Below, in pieces: positions 7,854 to 8,161 of a stretch of 8,161 nt of DNA. The notes under the pieces are model-generated. The model was not told the DNA's origin, searched no databases, and was given only the letters and a program-made list of their open reading frames with translations. The DNA comes from Histomonas meleagridis 2922-C6/04-290x. Its lineage: Eukaryota > Protista > Parabasalia. The first letter of the stretch is position 1; the number at the start of each line of letters is the position of its first letter. Location: assembly GCA_020184695.1 (NCBI GenBank), contig JAANOX010000127.1:1-8161 (forward strand). Direction: 5' to 3'. The translations under genes were made by a program, and so were the position numbers.

Positions 7854-7897
7854 TTTTTTTCAATGAATAAAAAAGTAAAAGAAAATTTGTAAATTTA

Positions 7898-8161
7898 TTA
7901 TGCTATGTATTCACCTTGAGTTTCAATTGTAATTAAAAGTCTGTTCATCCATTCATTATATACGGCTCTGCAGGTGTCTTTAGAAATACTATACAGTAAT
8001 GCCTCAACTTTTTGAAAAAGTTGATCTTCATCTTCAAACTCCTCACCTTCGAGCATTTTTTTTAATATCCTAACAGAAAAAAATCAGATGGTGCGAGATC
8101 TGGCGAAAACGGTTGAGGAAGCCTTTTAATGCCCAATTCATTCAATTTTTTACACACACAC
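7898..8161 (-). pseudogene. Mariner transposase C-terminal fragment with a 1-bp deletion at ~8064
   Basis: KKLNELGIKRLPQPFSPDLAPSDFFLLGY / (L)KKMLEGEEFEDEDQLFQKVEALLYSISKDTCRAVYNEWMNRLLITIETQGEYIA*. This fits the mariner (H/Q)PPYSPDLAPSD...LK...W..R...G.Y pattern and keeps the third catalytic Asp. One codon appears missing at PPY. Confidence 0.88.

Larger units (their letters stand above)
7824..8161 (-). mobile_element. 3' end of a Tc1/mariner (mariner-type) DNA transposon, truncated by the window edge
   Basis: Transposase C-terminal motif SPDLAPSD, stop at 7900-7898, then a short tail ending in a G-rich terminus beside TATA (7822-7825), consistent with a TA target site. Confidence 0.85.

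Noticed and set aside
8004-8024. Perfect hairpin TCAACTTTTT-G-AAAAAGTTGA
   Set aside because: Lies inside transposase coding sequence and is largely a T5/A5 run; compatible with chance.
1-8161. CRISPR array, tRNA/rRNA genes, site-specific recombinase gene
   Set aside because: No regularly spaced direct repeats with unique spacers, no recognisable structural RNA signature, and no recombinase motif in any listed ORF.

Overview
Very AT-rich eukaryotic DNA, most consistent with a trichomonad (inferred from the BspA-type LRR + Ser/Thr stalk + transmembrane + acidic DPF-tail architecture; not verified). It holds two divergently oriented BspA-like (TpLRR/LRR_5) surface-protein genes: A (minus, 869..2933) and B (plus, 5516..7664). 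Each is broken by one frameshift, at different positions: +1 T in A at 2042-2045 and a 5-bp deletion in B at ~6842. Their ~950-bp LRR cores are about 98% identical by manual alignment and form an inverted repeat, while their N- and C-terminal parts are only remotely homologous. Gene A also sits between the arms of a second ~790-bp near-perfect inverted repeat (1..795 / 3580..4367) that is interleaved with the first. One crossover between the two lesions would build an intact chimeric gene, so the locus is a candidate recombination or gene-conversion switch for surface-antigen variation. This is a hypothesis, and the indels could be assembly errors. The window also has a one-repeat LRR relic (4409..4465), a conserved 3-codon upstream ORF before both genes, and the frameshifted 3' end of a mariner transposase with a candidate terminal repeat (7824..8161) that the ORF track missed.
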